A stretch of DNA of 64,000 bases, taken from positions 1 through 64,000 of the forward strand of contig CAYVLA010000007.1 of the NCBI GenBank assembly GCA_964452145.1, in the 5' to 3' direction. A model generated the notes under the pieces. It did no database searches, had not been told where the DNA came from, and saw only the letters and a program-made list of their open reading frames with translations. The stretch is from Candidatus Hadarchaeota archaeon (GTDB taxonomy: Archaea > CAYQAE01 > CAYVLA01). The position numbers and the translations under genes were made by a program. Positions 10,216 to 20,579 of this stretch are shown piece by piece. Positions within the stretch are counted from its first letter, which is position 1, and the number at the start of each line of letters is the position of its first letter.

Positions 10216-10811
10216 CTGGATCCTCAGGATCGTATCGTGACTTGCTCCTGAAATGTATGCCGGATTGACTCGTCCGGAGATGGGACGATGGGCGGATTCC
10301 ACAGAGCTTCTTCGGCTTCCATTGCGGAGGGCCCCCGGGCATCTGTGACAGAAGGCGTGACCCCATGCGTTGCCCGGTGATTCCCCGGGGAAAGCAGGAG
10401 GCAAGACAAACAATGGCGAAACGCGGGACGAAGAGGATCGCCTTGAGTGGACGCTGGCCATCAACCAGATCCTGGTCGATCTGGCTGCGTACCCATGCAC
10501 CCCGACAGGGATGGGGCGCGGAGGGTAGGCCACGGGGATCGGCCGAGCAAGACCACAACCTGGTTCGAGCCTGGCAACCGTGAACCGCCAGATGGCCGGA
10601 GGCCTTCCTCAGCATCGTGGGTGCCGAGAGCAGATCTCTGAGGAGGCTTCTGGAGCGGATAATCCGCTCCGAGGATTGCCAAGACGACAGACCACGCAAG
10701 ACGAGGATCTTCAGAGACTATGCCCCACGTCCATTGCCAATCGTTCCCTCCTCTCCTGCAAAAAGACAGTTAAGCTTGCGAGACAGCCGGGGGCATGCAA
10801 AGGGGTGACCC

Positions 10812-12758
10812 ATGGTCAGAAACGGTTACCAGCACATGGTTCACGACTACTACGTCGCGAAGCTGCGCGCCCTAAATGCTCGGAGAGACGAGGAGCTACG
10901 GTCAGTCACGAGCAGGCGTGATGTGCTCAGATACCAAGCGAGAGTCCGCCGCGCAGTCACCCGCGCCTTCAGTCCCGTGCCACGCAGAACCCCTCTCAAT
11001 GCGACTACGACGGGAATGGTCGAGCTCGAACACCTGAGCATTGAGAAGGTACAGTTTGAGAGCAGGCCGGCCTGTCTGGTGACCGCGAACCTCTACCTGC
11101 CCAAGGATCCATCGGGCAGGGCCCCGGCTGTCCTGGTTCCGTGCGGCCACACGAACAACGGAAAGGCCGCTCCGCTCTATCAACAGGCATGCCAGAGGCT
11201 GGCACGTTCCGGATTCGTTGCCCTCATCTATGATCCGTTCAGCCAAGGAGAGAGGGACCAATACCACGGCATCCAGCATGAACTCGTGAGCCAGAACACG
11301 TTCGCCCACAACATGATGGGCAAGCAGCTGGAACTGCTAGGCGAATTCTTCGGTATGTGGAGGGTGTGGGACGGCATTCGTGCTCTGGATTACCTGATAA
11401 GCCGTCCCGAGGTGGATGCCAGTTGCATCGGAGTCGCCGGAAACTCGGGAGGGGGAACCCTGAGCGAGTGGCTCTGGGCAGTCGACGAACGCATCACCAT
11501 GGCAGCCCCGAGCTGCTTTGTGACAACCTATCTGGCGAACCTGGAGAATGAGGAGCCCCAAGACAGCGAGCAGTACGCTCCCGGCCTCATGGGAGCTGGA
11601 TTGGAGATGGTGGACCCAATGGTCCTGCGGGCACCCGCACCAGCCCTCCTGATGGGTCAGGCCTACGACTACTTTGACAGGCGGGGTCTGGAGAAGGCCT
11701 ATCGGGATCTTTGGCACTTTTACCAGATCCTCGGCAGGCCGGCCAATCTGCGCCTCTTCATCGGTCCCCATGGACATGGATTTCACCGAGAGAACCAGGA
11801 AGCAATGGTGAACTTCTTCGCCGATCACGCGGGTCTTCCTCGACCCATCTCGGTCGAACACGTGGAGGTGCTCCCAGACGACGCGCTTCAAGTGACCCGT
11901 AGCGGGAACACCGTAGTTGCAGGTGCTGAACCCATCTACAAGTCTCTTGGAGAAAAGGCGAGGGAAATCTCACGGCGAAGGAAGTCGACCGAAGTTGCCC
12001 GGTTGAGGAGGCGGATACGGGCCACGCTGGGGATCTCGTCGAGAAGGAAGCTGCCCCGCTACAGAGTCCTTCGCCCCGACCGATTTGGCGAGAGGCGCTT
12101 CGGCCGGTATGCGATCGAAACGGAGGAAGGCATAAGGGTCATATTGAGGAAGCTGGTGACCCAGCCCGAGCGCTCCAACACCTTGGAGGCAGAGGAGGAG
12201 GTAACCCTGTATATCCCGCACCTCTCCGCCGAGGGCGAGGTGGATCAGTATGCACCGGCTTCGGGCTCGCAGCCATCGCCCATCTATGCACTCGACCCAA
12301 GAGGCATGGGGGAGTCCCTGCCCGAGGGAGGACCAGACGGCTTCTTTCATCCATATGGTATGGACTACATGTTCCACGGGATGGGTCTCATGCTCGGCGA
12401 GAGCTACCTCGGAAGGAGGGTTCATGACGTGCTCTCGACGATAGACCTGCTCGGGCATGTCGGGGCCCGAAGCGTGAACTTGATCGGAAGGGGGCAGGGT
12501 GCGATCATTGCGCTGTTTGCGTCATTGCTGGATCCGTTGATTGGGCGGGTGGTCTTGAGAAGCTCGCCCCGCTCTTTCGAGGAATGGACACAGGTACCTA
12601 TCGTGGCATGGCCAGCGGCCAACTTCCCGCGAGGAGTCCTCAAGTCCTTCGACATCCACGATCTGATCGCCGCTTCTGATGGGCGCATCTCGGTCGTTGA
12701 GCCCTGGGGACCCGATATGAAGCCGGTTCCGAACGCGGCAGATGCCAGGCCCTTCTAG
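10812..12758 (+). CDS. Tandem alpha/beta-hydrolase (acetylxylan esterase-like); N-domain intact, C-domain degenerate
   Basis: VTANLYLP, PCGH, WDGIRALDYL, GNSGGG nucleophile elbow; the second domain has DPRGMGES and GRRVHDV, with GRGQGA at the elbow position. Confidence 0.85.
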   Translation: MVRNGYQHMVHDYYVAKLRALNARRDEELRSVTSRRDVLRYQARVRRAVTRAFSPVPRRTPLNATTTGMVELEHLSIEKVQFESRPACLVTANLYLPKDPSGRAPAVLVPCGHTNNGKAAPLYQQACQRLARSGFVALIYDPFSQGERDQYHGIQHELVSQNTFAHNMMGKQLELLGEFFGMWRVWDGIRALDYLISRPEVDASCIGVAGNSGGGTLSEWLWAVDERITMAAPSCFVTTYLANLENEEPQDSEQYAPGLMGAGLEMVDPMVLRAPAPALLMGQAYDYFDRRGLEKAYRDLWHFYQILGRPANLRLFIGPHGHGFHRENQEAMVNFFADHAGLPRPISVEHVEVLPDDALQVTRSGNTVVAGAEPIYKSLGEKAREISRRRKSTEVARLRRRIRATLGISSRRKLPRYRVLRPDRFGERRFGRYAIETEEGIRVILRKLVTQPERSNTLEAEEEVTLYIPHLSAEGEVDQYAPASGSQPSPIYALDPRGMGESLPEGGPDGFFHPYGMDYMFHGMGLMLGESYLGRRVHDVLSTIDLLGHVGARSVNLIGRGQGAIIALFASLLDPLIGRVVLRSSPRSFEEWTQVPIVAWPAANFPRGVLKSFDIHDLIAASDGRISVVEPWGPDMKPVPNAADARPF

Positions 12759-12907
12759 GCCATTTCTCTATGTATGATTGGTGGTGCAAAGACCTTGGTA
12801 CCGGAAGCGGCAGAAAACGATCTGCGTCGGGCGACACACCATCCTGACGCCGGGAACAAGCACACACAAATAAGCCGGGCTTTCGTGCACGCACGGAGGA
12901 GAGCAAC

Positions 12908-13972
12908 TTGCCAAGAGAGACTATGACCCCCAAGGAACGCTGGCTGGCGGTGTTGAACAGGCAGAGACCCGATCGAGTTCCCATGGACTACTGGGCGACC
13001 TCGGAGGCCAATGAGAAGCTGGTCAAGTACCTAGGCTGCAAGGACCTGGGGGAAGGCTTCGACATCCTTCACATTGATGAGGTCATCACGGTGAGCGGCA
13101 AGTACATCGGCCCCAAACCGAGGGAGGGTGAGGATATCTATGGTTGCCGATACAGGGATGTCCAGTATGGGACCGGTGTATATCGGGAGATCGTCCACAA
13201 CCCCTTGGCCCAGTACAGAACCGTCAGGGAGATCAAGAGGAACTATGAGTGGCCGGATCCTGACTGGTGGAGCTTCTCGCATGTGCCAGAGCAGATAAAG
13301 GGCAAAGAGGATCATCCCATTCGAGGGGGCGGCTCTGAGCCCTTCTTGGTGTATAAGAGTCTTCGGGGTCAGTGGCAGGGTTATGTCGATCTCGTCCGGA
13401 ACCCGGATATCGTCCACTACTGCATGGAGATACTCTTCGATCTGTCCTACCGGAACACCCAACGGATCTACGAGCAGATACCGGGAAAGGTCATGATCTC
13501 CTATGTCGCGGAGGACATGGGTTCCCAATCCGGGCTTCTCATGTCCCCCGCACAGATCAGGGAATTCCTCCTGCCCGGCATGAAGCGGATGATCGATCTG
13601 GTCCATCGAGAAGGGGCCTACGTCTTTCACCACAGCGATGGAGCAATCCGAGACATCATCCCCGACATGATCAAGGCGGGGATCGATGTCCTCAATCCCG
13701 TCCAGTGGCGCTGCCGGGGGATGGATCGAGAAGGTCTCAAACGCGATTTCGGTGACAAGGTCATCTTCCATGGGGCCATGGATAATCAGCAGACCCTGCC
13801 ATTTGGCAAAGTCACAGACGTCAGGCGAGAGGTGATCGAGAACCTGAGAGTGCTGGGGCGAGGAGGAGGCTACATTCTTGCCCCATGCCATAACATCCAG
13901 GCAAACACGCCCATGGAGAACGTGGTAGCGATGTACGAGACTGGCTATAAGGAGGGCTGGAAGGCCTACTGA
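12908..13972 (+). CDS. Uroporphyrinogen decarboxylase / MtaA-CmuA superfamily protein
   Basis: MTPKER...PDRVP, EDMGSQSGLLMSP, HHSDGAI, DVLNPVQ, FHGAMDNQ, GGGYILAPCHNIQ; GGAGGAG SD before TTG. Confidence 0.9.
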   Translation: MPRETMTPKERWLAVLNRQRPDRVPMDYWATSEANEKLVKYLGCKDLGEGFDILHIDEVITVSGKYIGPKPREGEDIYGCRYRDVQYGTGVYREIVHNPLAQYRTVREIKRNYEWPDPDWWSFSHVPEQIKGKEDHPIRGGGSEPFLVYKSLRGQWQGYVDLVRNPDIVHYCMEILFDLSYRNTQRIYEQIPGKVMISYVAEDMGSQSGLLMSPAQIREFLLPGMKRMIDLVHREGAYVFHHSDGAIRDIIPDMIKAGIDVLNPVQWRCRGMDREGLKRDFGDKVIFHGAMDNQQTLPFGKVTDVRREVIENLRVLGRGGGYILAPCHNIQANTPMENVVAMYETGYKEGWKAY

Positions 13973-14147
13973 CTAGTGGGGACGGCGCTGTGGAACATCA
14001 GGTGCGGAGGTGTCGAAGAAAGGCGCGTCTCCCAATCCTCAGGGATCGCACACAGCACAGCTGAGACAGAGATCATACTAAGGGCACCAAGCAGACGGGT
14101 CCATCGTCCTCAACAACGGGAACCTCTCATCAACAATGCACAAGCCA

Positions 14148-15164
14148 CTAGAAGCTCCTCAGGCCATCGACGGCCTTGTCTATGGCTGCTTCGATGGCAT
14201 CGAGCAATTCATCATCCAAACGCCTCGCCCTACGATCTCCCCAATGGTAGGGCTTGATCCGGACTCCCTTCCTGGCCAGATAGATCTTGGCGGCATTGAT
14301 GGCGGTTCTGGAGTAAGGGTCGTGGACCTGCACGCGCATTCCAAGGAGGCGGCTCACCTCAAACTGGGCCTTCCTGGCCCGGTCCAGGTCATCTGCCATA
14401 AAACCGTCAAAGACCTCTCGGATGAGTTCCGGATGCGTGTTGCACCCTCCGCCTATGACGCCGCCTGCGCCCAGCACCAGAGAGGGGAGGAAGGCCCCTT
14501 CGTGGCCCGAGATCATCACGAAATCCCTGTCCTTCGTCGCATCGCAGAGAAGTCCGAAGCTAAGCATGTCGGTCGTGGAATACTTCATCCCCTTCACGTT
14601 CGGCAGTTCCGCTACTCGTCGGAGGAGTGAAGGGGTCATCGTGTATGGGGGCTTAACCCCGGGGGGCTGGTATATGACGATGGGTACCTCGATCGCGTCA
14701 TTCACATCCTGGTAGAAACGATAGATCTTGTCAGCCATGTTGGCGCAGGGTTGAAGGCCGAGCGGCAGGACGACCACCCCCGTTGCTTCCCTCTCCTGGG
14801 CATGGGCGCTCAGCTTCAGAGTCTCCTCAACATAGCTGGATTCATCGGGCCTTGCGCCTTCCTCCCCCTCCGGAAAGGTGCCGGATGTCCCGGTCAAGAC
14901 GTGTATCTTTCCGGCGGCCTCTGACATCACGATGTCGATCATCGACTTCACCTGCTGGAATGAGTAGCTGTACATCTGCCCGGTGCCCGATCGAGCGAAG
15001 ATCGTCGTCACGGCCCCGGTTCTCTTGTACCATTGGACCAGGGACCGGTTGCCCTCCTCATCTAGCGTGAGATCCTCGTTCAGGGCCGTGAGCATTGGCG
15101 TGATCACGCCTGTGAGAAACTCGGGCATCTCCTTTCCAGTCACGGGGTGTCTCAGCATGCGCAA
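14148..15164 (-). CDS. Dihydrodipicolinate synthase/N-acetylneuraminate lyase family class I aldolase
   Basis: GVITPMLT, SGTGQ (variant of GTTGE), IVIYQPP, GMKYS Schiff-base Lys, GAGGVIGG. Confidence 0.85.
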   Translation of the reverse strand: MRMLRHPVTGKEMPEFLTGVITPMLTALNEDLTLDEEGNRSLVQWYKRTGAVTTIFARSGTGQMYSYSFQQVKSMIDIVMSEAAGKIHVLTGTSGTFPEGEEGARPDESSYVEETLKLSAHAQEREATGVVVLPLGLQPCANMADKIYRFYQDVNDAIEVPIVIYQPPGVKPPYTMTPSLLRRVAELPNVKGMKYSTTDMLSFGLLCDATKDRDFVMISGHEGAFLPSLVLGAGGVIGGGCNTHPELIREVFDGFMADDLDRARKAQFEVSRLLGMRVQVHDPYSRTAINAAKIYLARKGVRIKPYHWGDRRARRLDDELLDAIEAAIDKAVDGLRSF

Positions 15165-15239
15165 TGAATCGTCCTCTCCACCACATGACTGGTTGCCCGT
15201 ACATAAATGATGTCTAGTAGCGATCCGAGCGCCTCGATA

Positions 15240-15764
15240 TCACAGCCCCTTGGAGGCCAGCCTGTCGCGTACAATCAGATAGAGCAGAGCTGTATGAACT
15301 GTAAGGACCGAGAAGGAGATCAGCGCGATCGCCATCAGGAACATGGCAAAGCCATTCGAGATCCATGAGAGAAGGAATCTGATGGACCCCGGCAGGACGT
15401 CCGCCAGGTGGGAGAAATCAAAGGGAAACACCGCGAGGAACCAGGCGACTGCGATGGCCAAAACCCCGTTCTGGGCTGCTTCATAGGGGCGAAGAACGTT
15501 CCTCCGCCCCATCGCCACCGTCAGGGCTGAGCGAACCATGCCGAGGACTGGTGAAAGGTAGAATAGCAGAGTCTCCACCGAGCGAAACCTGGATGTGAAG
15601 AAACCCGTGGGGCGCGTCTGGTGGATCACAAAGAAGACGACCATCGCCAGCATTGCTGCGATGGCCGCAATCTCTCCGACCCGGTCTCTGACAGGCAACT
15701 CATCCCCTTCCACCGCTTTGTCGATCAAGTTTCGGAAGAAACCGGAATGCCCCGTCTTGGCCAT
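15240..15764 (-). CDS. Hypothetical integral membrane protein (about 4 TM)
   Basis: Four hydrophobic segments; SD-like GGAGA upstream. Confidence 0.75.
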   Translation of the reverse strand: MAKTGHSGFFRNLIDKAVEGDELPVRDRVGEIAAIAAMLAMVVFFVIHQTRPTGFFTSRFRSVETLLFYLSPVLGMVRSALTVAMGRRNVLRPYEAAQNGVLAIAVAWFLAVFPFDFSHLADVLPGSIRFLLSWISNGFAMFLMAIALISFSVLTVHTALLYLIVRDRLASKGL

Positions 15765-15907
15765 CGCATCTCTCCGTCGCGCATGAAAGCGGGATGTTCT
15801 TAACGATTGCCCCCGCTGGACTTGGCCCCACGATCATTGGCTGGTGCCTGATGTGATGTCAGATTTATTACCCCCTTGCAGGCGCGAATGATGGAGTTTG
15901 AGAAGCC

Positions 15908-16981
15908 ATGAGGATGAGGGAGAGGGTCATCAGCGCATTGACATGGGGCGAGCCGGACTACGTTCCCTGGATTCCGAAGAAGGGCCATACACCACGAGAT
16001 CCCGACAGACTAAGAGCGCTGCTCGACCTTGGGATGGGTCTCTGCTATTCCGTCGGGGCTTGCGGCTCATCCAGACCCAACGTGACGGAGGAGGCAAGGA
16101 TCGTTGACGACCACAGAGTGACGACCTACCTGACTCCGGTGGGGAAGGTCTCCCAGAAGACCCGAATCAACCTGCCCAACGAGGACGGAGAGAGGGGGGA
16201 CTCGTGGGTCGTTGAGCGTATGCTGAAGACACCCGAGGACTACAAGGTCGTCAAGTACATGGTTGAGGATGAAGTCTTTGAGCCAAAGTACGATGGGCTG
16301 GAAACGATGATGGGCAAAGTGGCTGACCACGGCATCCTTCTTGTCGGAACGGGGTACACCCCTCTGATGCAGCTCATCGTGCACTACATGGGGTTCAAGA
16401 GGTTCGTTATCGAACTCAGGCGGAGGAGGCAGATGGTAGAGGACCTCATGGAGGCTATTGATTCGAAGATGGAGCAGAGCATGAGGATCATCGCGCGGTC
16501 TCCGCCCAGGATAGTCAATGTCGGGGACAACATTGACGGCCTCCTTGTCAATCCCCAGCTCTTCCGACGGTACTGCATACCCTACTATCAGAAGTACTCT
16601 GACATCCTTCACTCCGAGGGCAAGATCGTTCAATCACACATGGACGGTAGACTTCGCTGCCTGAAGGACCTGCTCCCGGAGACGGGGCTGGACGTCATTC
16701 AGGCTTTCACCCCTCCGCCTACCGGCGATCTTCCGTTGAAGGAGGCTAGAAAGTTCTGGGGCGAGAAGCTTGGGATCTGGGTCAACATACCAGAGGTCAT
16801 GTTCTACAGAAATGCAGAGGGCATTCGGGACTATGTAAGGGGACTCCTCAGAGAGGGAAGCCCGGGTAGAGGCCTGGCATTAGGCATAACCGAGACCGTT
16901 CCCCCGACTCGGAGGGACCAGGGCCTGGAGATCATTACGCGGACCGTCATGCGCCACGGGCGCCTGCCCATTCCGGAGTAG
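15908..16981 (+). CDS. Uroporphyrinogen decarboxylase / MtaA-CmuA superfamily protein
   Basis: MRERV...EPDYVP, TPVG, GDNIDG.LVNPQLFRRYCIPYY, SHMDG, GLDVIQAFTPPPTGD. Confidence 0.8.
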   Translation: MRMRERVISALTWGEPDYVPWIPKKGHTPRDPDRLRALLDLGMGLCYSVGACGSSRPNVTEEARIVDDHRVTTYLTPVGKVSQKTRINLPNEDGERGDSWVVERMLKTPEDYKVVKYMVEDEVFEPKYDGLETMMGKVADHGILLVGTGYTPLMQLIVHYMGFKRFVIELRRRRQMVEDLMEAIDSKMEQSMRIIARSPPRIVNVGDNIDGLLVNPQLFRRYCIPYYQKYSDILHSEGKIVQSHMDGRLRCLKDLLPETGLDVIQAFTPPPTGDLPLKEARKFWGEKLGIWVNIPEVMFYRNAEGIRDYVRGLLREGSPGRGLALGITETVPPTRRDQGLEIITRTVMRHGRLPIPE

Positions 16982-17025
16982 GCATCTGCGAATTATCCAA
17001 GACGGCCCTGAAAGGTGACTGGACG

Positions 17026-17991
17026 TTGAGACCAGATCTGGGCAAACTCGAAGAATGGGCCGACCTGGCCCTCGATTGGGCCTCGGACGTCCTCCAAGCC
17101 AACCCGCCGGACCAAGGAATGAATGAGGCAAGAGTTGAGGCCCTGCTTGTCATCGACGACGTGCTACACATCCGATCGGCCTCCAAGCTTCAGGCCGTCG
17201 TGCGGTTCTACCACGAGAGGATGTCGATGGCCGTGCGCCAGATCGAGGTGAAGACTCGCTCCCGGACAAAGCTGTGGAAGATGTACAACCACGGTTTCGT
17301 TATAAGGACCAAGGAAGCGACCCTCGCGTTGGATCTGGTCAGGGGATGCGGAGCGACGACCATGCGTGATGATCTTGCCGAGAGATTGGCCAGACAGATC
17401 GACGTGGCGACCGTGAGTCACTGGCACGGGGATCATGCGGACCTGGATCTGTGCAAGATGATCTGCCGGTCCGGTGCGGAGATCCTGGTGCCTCCCGATC
17501 TACACAAACGGTGGTCGGATGAGCCGGATCTGAATTTGATAGAGATGCATCCGGGGGAATCGCGTGAGAGCCGCATGCTCTCGTTCAGCGCACTGGAGGG
17601 CCATCACGATGGACCGCCCGATCGATGTGATTTGAACATCTACTACATCGTGACCCCTGGAGGGCTCTCCATCATGCATATGGGGGATCACTGGATAAAC
17701 CGACGGATGCCCCTCCTGGCGGAGGAAGAGAATGTGCTGAACGAATGGGGACAGGAGTACCCCGTCGACGTGTTGCTTCTCAACAGAAGCCCCTACCAGT
17801 TCTCGAACATAATCGAAAGGATCGGGCCGCGGCTGACCGTCTCCTCTCACGAGAACGAATTGAGCCACGACATCGCTGCGAGGGCTACCTACGCCTCCAG
17901 CATCGGCCAGATGGCATCCGTTGGGAGTCCGTGCTTGACGATTGCATGGGGTGAAGGCCTCCAGATCCAGCCGTTCTTGCCGACGGCCTAG
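17026..17991 (+). CDS. Metallo-beta-lactamase fold hydrolase (UlaG-like)
   Basis: SHWHGDHAD (HxHxDH), GHHD, HMGD, SHENE motifs. Confidence 0.85.
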   Translation: MRPDLGKLEEWADLALDWASDVLQANPPDQGMNEARVEALLVIDDVLHIRSASKLQAVVRFYHERMSMAVRQIEVKTRSRTKLWKMYNHGFVIRTKEATLALDLVRGCGATTMRDDLAERLARQIDVATVSHWHGDHADLDLCKMICRSGAEILVPPDLHKRWSDEPDLNLIEMHPGESRESRMLSFSALEGHHDGPPDRCDLNIYYIVTPGGLSIMHMGDHWINRRMPLLAEEENVLNEWGQEYPVDVLLLNRSPYQFSNIIERIGPRLTVSSHENELSHDIAARATYASSIGQMASVGSPCLTIAWGEGLQIQPFLPTA

Positions 17992-18069
17992 TCAGGAGGG
18001 GGCCCTCGAAGAACGGTTTTCGACGCGGGCCATGCATCATCCTTGTTTCTTTGCTGGTCAAGGCTTGGG

Positions 18070-18888
18070 TCAGCCCCGATGAAGAGCCTGCCTGAGTAGC
18101 TGCAGTGCCTCCTCCGTGGTGGTGGGGCGTCCCAATGCGTGTCCCTCTTGTTCAAGATGACGGAAGAGCTCCCAAATGGCTGGTGGCTCCAGCCGGGATC
18201 GCGCGAGCAGATCGGGATCTGAGAGTATCTCCCTGTAGGTGCCCTCGGCAAGCTTGCTTCTGTCCATGACCAAGGCCCGGGTCGCTATCTCCATCGCCGT
18301 TGCCAAATCGTGAGTGGCGATGCAGATGGTCTGGCCAAGGCCCTTCAGATCCTGGATGAGCGCCTTCTTGGCTGCCCCATCAAGGTTTGAGGTCGGCTCA
18401 TCCAGAAGCAGGATCTGGGGATTCATTGCCAGGACGCCGGCGATGGCCACCCTCTTCTTCTCGCCTTGGCTGAGATGGTGCGGAACCCTGTCAATGAAGC
18501 CTTGCAGCCCGGTGGTCCCAAGGGCGCGGTTCACTCTTTCCTCGACCTCCGCCTTCGACAAGCCCATGTTCGTGGGGCCGAAGGCAACATCCTCTCGGAC
18601 GCTGGGCATGAAGATCTGGTCGTCAGGATCCTGAAAGACCATCCCCACATGCCTTCTGACACGATCGGCGCTCTTCCGATTCAGGTCCTCGCCCGCTATG
18701 CTGATGGTGCCCTGCTGGGGAAACCTCAGCCCGATCAAGAGCTGGAGGAGGGTCGACTTACCCGCCCCGTTGGGGCCAAGGATAGCGATCCTCTCCCCTT
18801 GATCGACGTCGAAGCTGAGACGGCTTACTGCGATTGTTCCATCCTCATAGCGGTATGAGATATCCCGAACCTCAATAGCCTTCATCAC
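18070..18888 (-). CDS. ECF transporter ATPase (CbiO/NikO)
   Basis: GPNGAGKST, VFQDPDDQIF, LSQGEKKRVAIAGVL, LDEPT. Confidence 0.92.
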   Translation of the reverse strand: MMKAIEVRDISYRYEDGTIAVSRLSFDVDQGERIAILGPNGAGKSTLLQLLIGLRFPQQGTISIAGEDLNRKSADRVRRHVGMVFQDPDDQIFMPSVREDVAFGPTNMGLSKAEVEERVNRALGTTGLQGFIDRVPHHLSQGEKKRVAIAGVLAMNPQILLLDEPTSNLDGAAKKALIQDLKGLGQTICIATHDLATAMEIATRALVMDRSKLAEGTYREILSDPDLLARSRLEPPAIWELFRHLEQEGHALGRPTTTEEALQLLRQALHRG

Positions 18889-19607
18889 AATATCTCCAGC
18901 TGGATGATGAACAAGCCTGCTATCGCGCCCCCCATGGCGACTAGGAATGCTAGCTCACAACGACCTATCGAGAACTCGGTCAGCGTCTTTATGCGACCAC
19001 CATAGCCTCTGGCTACCAGTGCTTGCCTGACCGCGAGACCCCTCTGATAGGACCTGTAAAGGATCATCCCGATGGACGAAGAAATCGTGTCCAAGCCTCT
19101 CCTGTCGAGGATGCTTCTACCGCCCGCGAATCTTCTCGCCTTTCTCGCCGAGGACATTCGATGGGACTCCTCCTGGAAGACGAAGATGTAGCGGTAGAGG
19201 AACACTATCATCTCAAGCAAGATCGAGGGAAGCCCCAAGGCCTGCAGGGCTCGCATTAAGTCCATGAAGGGTGTGACAGAGGAGAGCAGTACCACGTACA
19301 TCTCGCAGGCAAGGACCCGAAGCAGGAGCACGGTGGCCGCAGCCGGTCCCCTGAACGGCAGTATCGCCAAGAAGGCGAAAAGAGCGAACGGCAGCAGCGG
19401 GAGAGCATGTCTTAGAATGTGCCGGAGGGGCAGCCCGGACAGCCCCAGGAGGACAAGGGCCAGACCAAGTGAGCAAAGCACTGGCATGAGATCCGTGAGC
19501 AGCGCGGTTGCAACAGCTGCAGCAAGGAACCCGACCACCTTGCTTCTCGGGTCCAGCCCCACGAACCTCGACTTGTGGGCGTAAGCATCAATGCTGTCGT
19601 GTCGCAT
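18885..19607 (-). CDS. ECF transporter T component (CbiQ/NikQ)
   Basis: LDPRSK, YRYIFVF, ARKAR and LVARGY motifs; overlaps both neighbours. Confidence 0.9.
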   Translation of the reverse strand: MRHDSIDAYAHKSRFVGLDPRSKVVGFLAAAVATALLTDLMPVLCSLGLALVLLGLSGLPLRHILRHALPLLPFALFAFLAILPFRGPAAATVLLLRVLACEMYVVLLSSVTPFMDLMRALQALGLPSILLEMIVFLYRYIFVFQEESHRMSSARKARRFAGGRSILDRRGLDTISSSIGMILYRSYQRGLAVRQALVARGYGGRIKTLTEFSIGRCELAFLVAMGGAIAGLFIIQLEIL

Positions 19608-19875
19608 CCTTCCTACCCAAGATGATGCCTATCCCATAGACCAATGCTAGAACGGTTCCAAACCCCAGCAAGCCGGCGGCAAATGCCCCTGCGTAGTCCT
19701 CCCCATAGCTGAACGGTGCATTAAATATGGGCTCGCCTTCCTCAACATCTGCACGTTCCAAAGATCTCTCCAAGCCATCGCCGTACTCGGCCGAGAACAG
19801 GAAGAACAGGACCAACCCGACCGCGAAGAGTGCGATTATGCCGATGGCCGCTACTGCATATTCTCTGCTCAACAA
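19588..19875 (-). CDS. PDGLE-domain accessory membrane subunit (NikN/CbiN-like)
   Basis: Two TM helices flanking GDGLE...APFSY. Confidence 0.8.
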   Translation of the reverse strand: MLSREYAVAAIGIIALFAVGLVLFFLFSAEYGDGLERSLERADVEEGEPIFNAPFSYGEDYAGAFAAGLLGFGTVLALVYGIGIILGRKDATRQH

Positions 19876-19876
19876 A

Positions 19877-20527
19877 TCAGAACCCCCCGGCAGGCTGCTC
19901 CTTTGCCAATTCGGGCAGCACCTGCTTGAGATACGCGACTATTCCGACCGTTAGGATGGCCTCGCCGATGCCGATCACGGAATGGTAACCCAGCATCGCC
20001 GGAAGGGCTATCGCCATCGGTATGCCGAACGATCCGTTGGAAGCGGAGTAACTGAACCCCAACTCTAGCGCGCAGGCAAGCGACCCGACGAAAACGGCCA
20101 ACCACGCTGCTGCGGGAAGCGTCAGCCGCCGGAGGCGCTGGGGGCTAAGAGACAGGACAAAGGCGCTCACCGCGCAGCCGATCACTGCCATGTTCAGCAG
20201 ATTGACGCCCAGCGCCGTGATTCCTCCGTCGCCGAAAAGCAGGGCCTGCACAACAAGTATGACGGTGATGACGAGCACGCCAGGCGCGAACCCAAGCAGG
20301 ATCGTCGCGAGGGCAGCCCCCACCAGGTGGCCGGAAGTGCCTCCGCCAATGGGGAAGTTGAGCATCTGGGCCACGAAGATTCCGGCTGCCAGAAGCGCCA
20401 TGAAGGGCACCCTGTTGGGGCCAACGGTCTTCGAGGAACGCCGAACTGCAAAGCCAACAACGGCGATGGAAGCAACCCAGCCGATGAGGAGGATGATGGG
20501 CCATATCAATCCGTCGGGGATGTGCAC
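19877..20527 (-). CDS. ECF S component CbiM/NikM (MHIPDG N-terminus, probably Ni-type)
   Basis: The true start is GTG at 20527, giving MHIPDG with the metal-binding His2; FVAQMLNFPIGGGTSGHLVG and GDGGITALGVN also present. Confidence 0.92.
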   Translation of the reverse strand: MHIPDGLIWPIILLIGWVASIAVVGFAVRRSSKTVGPNRVPFMALLAAGIFVAQMLNFPIGGGTSGHLVGAALATILLGFAPGVLVITVILVVQALLFGDGGITALGVNLLNMAVIGCAVSAFVLSLSPQRLRRLTLPAAAWLAVFVGSLACALELGFSYSASNGSFGIPMAIALPAMLGYHSVIGIGEAILTVGIVAYLKQVLPELAKEQPAGGF

Positions 20528-20537
20528 AAAAGACACC

Positions 20538-20579
20538 GTGTTACTTTTTGTGACAAACGTGTCAATATAAATGTAACGC
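20538..20579 (-). promoter_or_regulatory. Promoter of the Ni/Co ECF operon with nested inverted repeats (candidate metal-responsive operator)
   Basis: Minus-strand TTTATAT at 20565-20571; outer inverted repeat GTGTTAC (20538-44)...GTAACGC (20573-79); inner TGACA-aacg-TGTCA (20551-64). Confidence 0.5.

Noticed and set aside
10216..10811. 600-bp intergenic region with several short ORFs
   Set aside because: No recognisable protein motif, repeat or RNA structure by eye.
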